A stretch of 64,000 bases of DNA from contig CAVPOM010000005.1 of assembly GCA_963707025.1 (NCBI GenBank), positions 288,001 to 352,000 on the forward strand, read 5' to 3'. The position numbers were made by a program, and so were the translations under genes. Positions 61,192 to 64,000 of the stretch are shown here, in pieces (the stretch's first letter is position 1; each line of letters starts with the position of its first letter). This DNA is from an uncultured Verrucomicrobiae bacterium (lineage in GTDB: Bacteria; Verrucomicrobiota; Verrucomicrobiia; Limisphaerales; Palsa-1400). The notes below the pieces were generated by a model. It was not told the DNA's origin. It made no database searches and worked only from the letters and a program-made list of their open reading frames with translations.

Positions 61192-64000
61192 TCGCCGCGC
61201 GGCGGAGCCGGTGGCCAGATGGGAACAAAGTGATACCATTGGGTAATATACTGCCGAATGAGCGGCTCGAAAACACTCATGATTTTTTGCGTCAATTGGA
61301 TGCGCGCAGCCCGGTTGCCAATCATGGCACGATCGTAAGCAATTTCCGGCCGGACTTCGCCCTGGTAGCCTTCGACCGTCCGCACGATGCAGGCGGGCAA
61401 GATCGCGCAACCGGAAGCCCGAGCCAGCTCCGCCGCAGCGATGGAGGCGGAGAATGGCCGGCCAAACAAATTAACCGTGACGGCGGTGGATGCAACCGGA
61501 CGGTCCATCAGCAACGCCACCGTCGCGCCCGCCTGCAGGCGTTTCACGATTTCAACAAAGGCAAATGCGTCCTCGCCCACCACGATCGTTTCCACTCCCC
61601 AACGCGCGCGAGAGGCCTGCCGCAGTTCCGTCAGGCCCGGATCGGGTTCGGGTTGAGTCAAGACGACCAATTTGAAGCCCTTGCGGGGGAGATAGGCTCC
61701 TCCGATTTCCCAGTTGCCCAGATGCGGAGTGACCAGGAGAACTCCTTGGCCGCGCGCCTCGGCCGCCTGGTAAATCTCCCAGCCTTGCCAGCGCATCACC
61801 CAACTGTCGAGCGCCGCCCCGCCTTCGTATCGCCAGAGATCCGCGATCTTTAGCGCGAATTCCGTAAACAGCTCCTGAGAGGCGGCGGCGGCGGCGGCTG
61901 GGTCATCCTTGAGAACGGGGCGCAAATTTTGAATCACAACCTCGCGCCGCCGCGCGGCCACCTGCCAGTAAATCGCCGCGCCCCATTGAGCGGGCGTCCG
62001 GATCACCCGGACCGGGAGATGGCGAGCCAAACCCAGGCCAATTCTCCAGATCGCGCCCCGGTAAAATTGGGACGGTGCCGGCGGCGCGGCCGGCGCCCTT
62101 TGGTCCTTTCGAGCAGCCAGTATTTTCCACCAAACCGGCAGGAGAAAAATCGAGATCAACATATTGCCCGCCAACCCGGCCGCGCAAATCTGTCCCAGGC
62201 TGGCCATGCCCGCGTTGCTGGAGAAGCCAAGAGAACCGAAGCCCGCCACCGCCGCGCCGCCGCAGAGCCACAAGGCGCGTCCCACCGAGCGGCGGGCGGC
62301 ATCCAAACTTCCGCCATGCCGGCGCAAGGCCAGTTGCATAAACAGGCTGTAGTCCACCCCGGTGCCGAGCATCAGGGGGAGGGCCATGAGATTGAGGACA
62401 TTCCATGACCAGCCCGCCATTTTCATCACGGCGAGGAGGCAAAGCCCGCTCAGCAACAAAACGCCCAAACTGAGAAGGATTTCCGCCAGGCGGCCAAACG
62501 CCAGCCAGAGGGAAAGGAGGACCAGGCCGGCCATCGGCAGAAGCACCTTCCATAAATTATGTTTGACTTCGTCCAGGACCGCCCGTCCCAGCAGATTCCA
62601 GCTTGAAAGCCAGATGCCCTGGCCCGCCAGCGGGCCGCCCGCCCGGGCGAGCGCGCCAGCATCAATGGTGTCCGCCGCCGGATAAAGAAAGCCGGCGGCG
62701 AAAAGACCTTGCGGATCGCGGGTGGCGATCTTCTCAAAAATCCACCGGCTGGCCGCGTTGGTTGGCCAAAAAACATTCGTGGCGCCGGCGGCCTGCTGCC
62801 AGGTTTCGAGGATTTGCGCGTTCAATCCGAGGGCGTCCCCGGTGAATCCGCCGGCCAGCGCCGCCGTCCGCATGGCGCCGCTTTCGGCGGCGAGGCGCCG
62901 CGCCGTGGCGCGGTTGGCCGCCTGCATTTCAGGGCGGGGCCAGAGGGCCTCGGGCAAGGTGAAGCCAGTGAGCAAATGGTTCGACACGGCGTTATCCAGC
63001 GCCGGTTGGATGGCGGCCAGCCGCCCGGCGATTTCGCTTTCATCGCGGCCGGAAACAACCAGCCAAAGAGGGTCCTGTTTCTGTCCGAGATTTTCCTTGA
63101 TCGCGTTGAGCGCCGCGTAAGCCCCGCTCTGGCGGGGCTCCATGGCGTGAGTGCCGGCATCCATTTTGGGCCAGCCGAAAGAACAGGGTGGCAATGCAAA
63201 ATAAAATCAAACCGCCGGTGATGGCAAAAACAAATTTTGCGCGCCACGGATTCAGCGGTTCGGCGGCTGTCTTTTGCTTTTCGGCGGGCGGAGGAGAGCC
63301 GCGCCGTTCCATTCGGCCCGGAAACAGCGGCGGCAGAAAAGCCATGATCATGACCAGGGCGGAGAGGGCCACACCAATGGCAACGAGCGAGCCAAGCTGG
63401 GCCAGGCCGGGCAACCCCCCGAGATTAAGCACCAGAAATGCCGAGATGGTGGTCATGGCCGCCCAAAAGATGCTCGGGGCAATGGCGCGGCGGACTTCGG
63501 GGATGGAGAGGAGCGGGCAGGCCAATGCCTCCTGGTAATGCACCACGGCGTAATCCACCGCCAGACCGAGCAGGATCGCGGCAAAGCCCATGCTGATGAC
63601 GTTGATCGCGCCGAGCATCAGGCCCCCCAAGGCGAGCGTGCCGGCCAGAATGAGCGCCAGCAACGTCAAGAGCCAGAGCATCGGTTTCCAGCGCCGGTGC
63701 GCCAGCCAGAATAAGAATGCGATGATCAATGCCGTGCCGCCGGCGGACAGCGTGAGGTCGTGTTTCATGCTGCCGGAAATTTCCGCGACGAAGGCGGGCC
63801 GGCCCGTGTAGCCGAGGGTTGCCTGGCCGGCGGGGGACAAGGATCGCTCCGCGATTTTTTGCACGGCATGGAACCATTCCGTGCATTCACGGTAACCGTT
63901 CAATTCGCCGCGTGCTTTGATAAAAATAATCCGGAAGGCGCCGTCGGCGGACGCGAACATGTCTTGTCCCTGTCCGAAACCCGGCGCGGCGCCGGTGATG
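61188..64000 (-). CDS. MMPL/RND-like exporter fused to a C-terminal LPLAT acyltransferase (5' end outside the window; frameshift near 63178)
   Basis: GLAVDY and GTGVDY TM motifs; C-terminal HLGNWE, LLMDRP, QWYHFVP. Confidence 0.85.

Overview
GC-rich bacterial chromosomal window. Gene content and repeat types suggest Verrucomicrobiota (inference). Core genes: grpE-dnaJ-rsmE, pilB/gspE, moeA, a DUF3516-type helicase, TolC/HlyD, GH29, system II cytochrome c biogenesis (resB-ccsA), hemE-hemN-hemY-hemH and an ABC efflux operon. Three accessory regions stand out. (1) 3.6-8.2 kb: a dead integron (intI N-terminal remnant, attI, two cassettes, attC) hit by nested insertions: IS3 inside IS4 inside cassette 1, plus a MITE in the second attC. 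(2) 31.0-35.3 kb: a lower-GC IS1595-type cargo element between ~90-bp direct repeats. It carries a type IIG-like R-M-TRD protein with an extra C-terminal domain, a translationally coupled Cys/His papain-like protein, a 57-aa ORF and an intact tRNA-Asn just inside the putative right IR. (3) 51-64 kb: a type II FAS/PKS lipid cluster (ACP, KS/CLF pair, B12 radical SAM, HydE-like radical SAM, GT2, acyl-ligase, FabZ, LolA, MMPL-acyltransferase fusion) running off the window end. Several single-base frameshifts in short homopolymers look like assembly errors. No CRISPR array was seen. All family assignments come from recognising motifs by eye, not from database searches.
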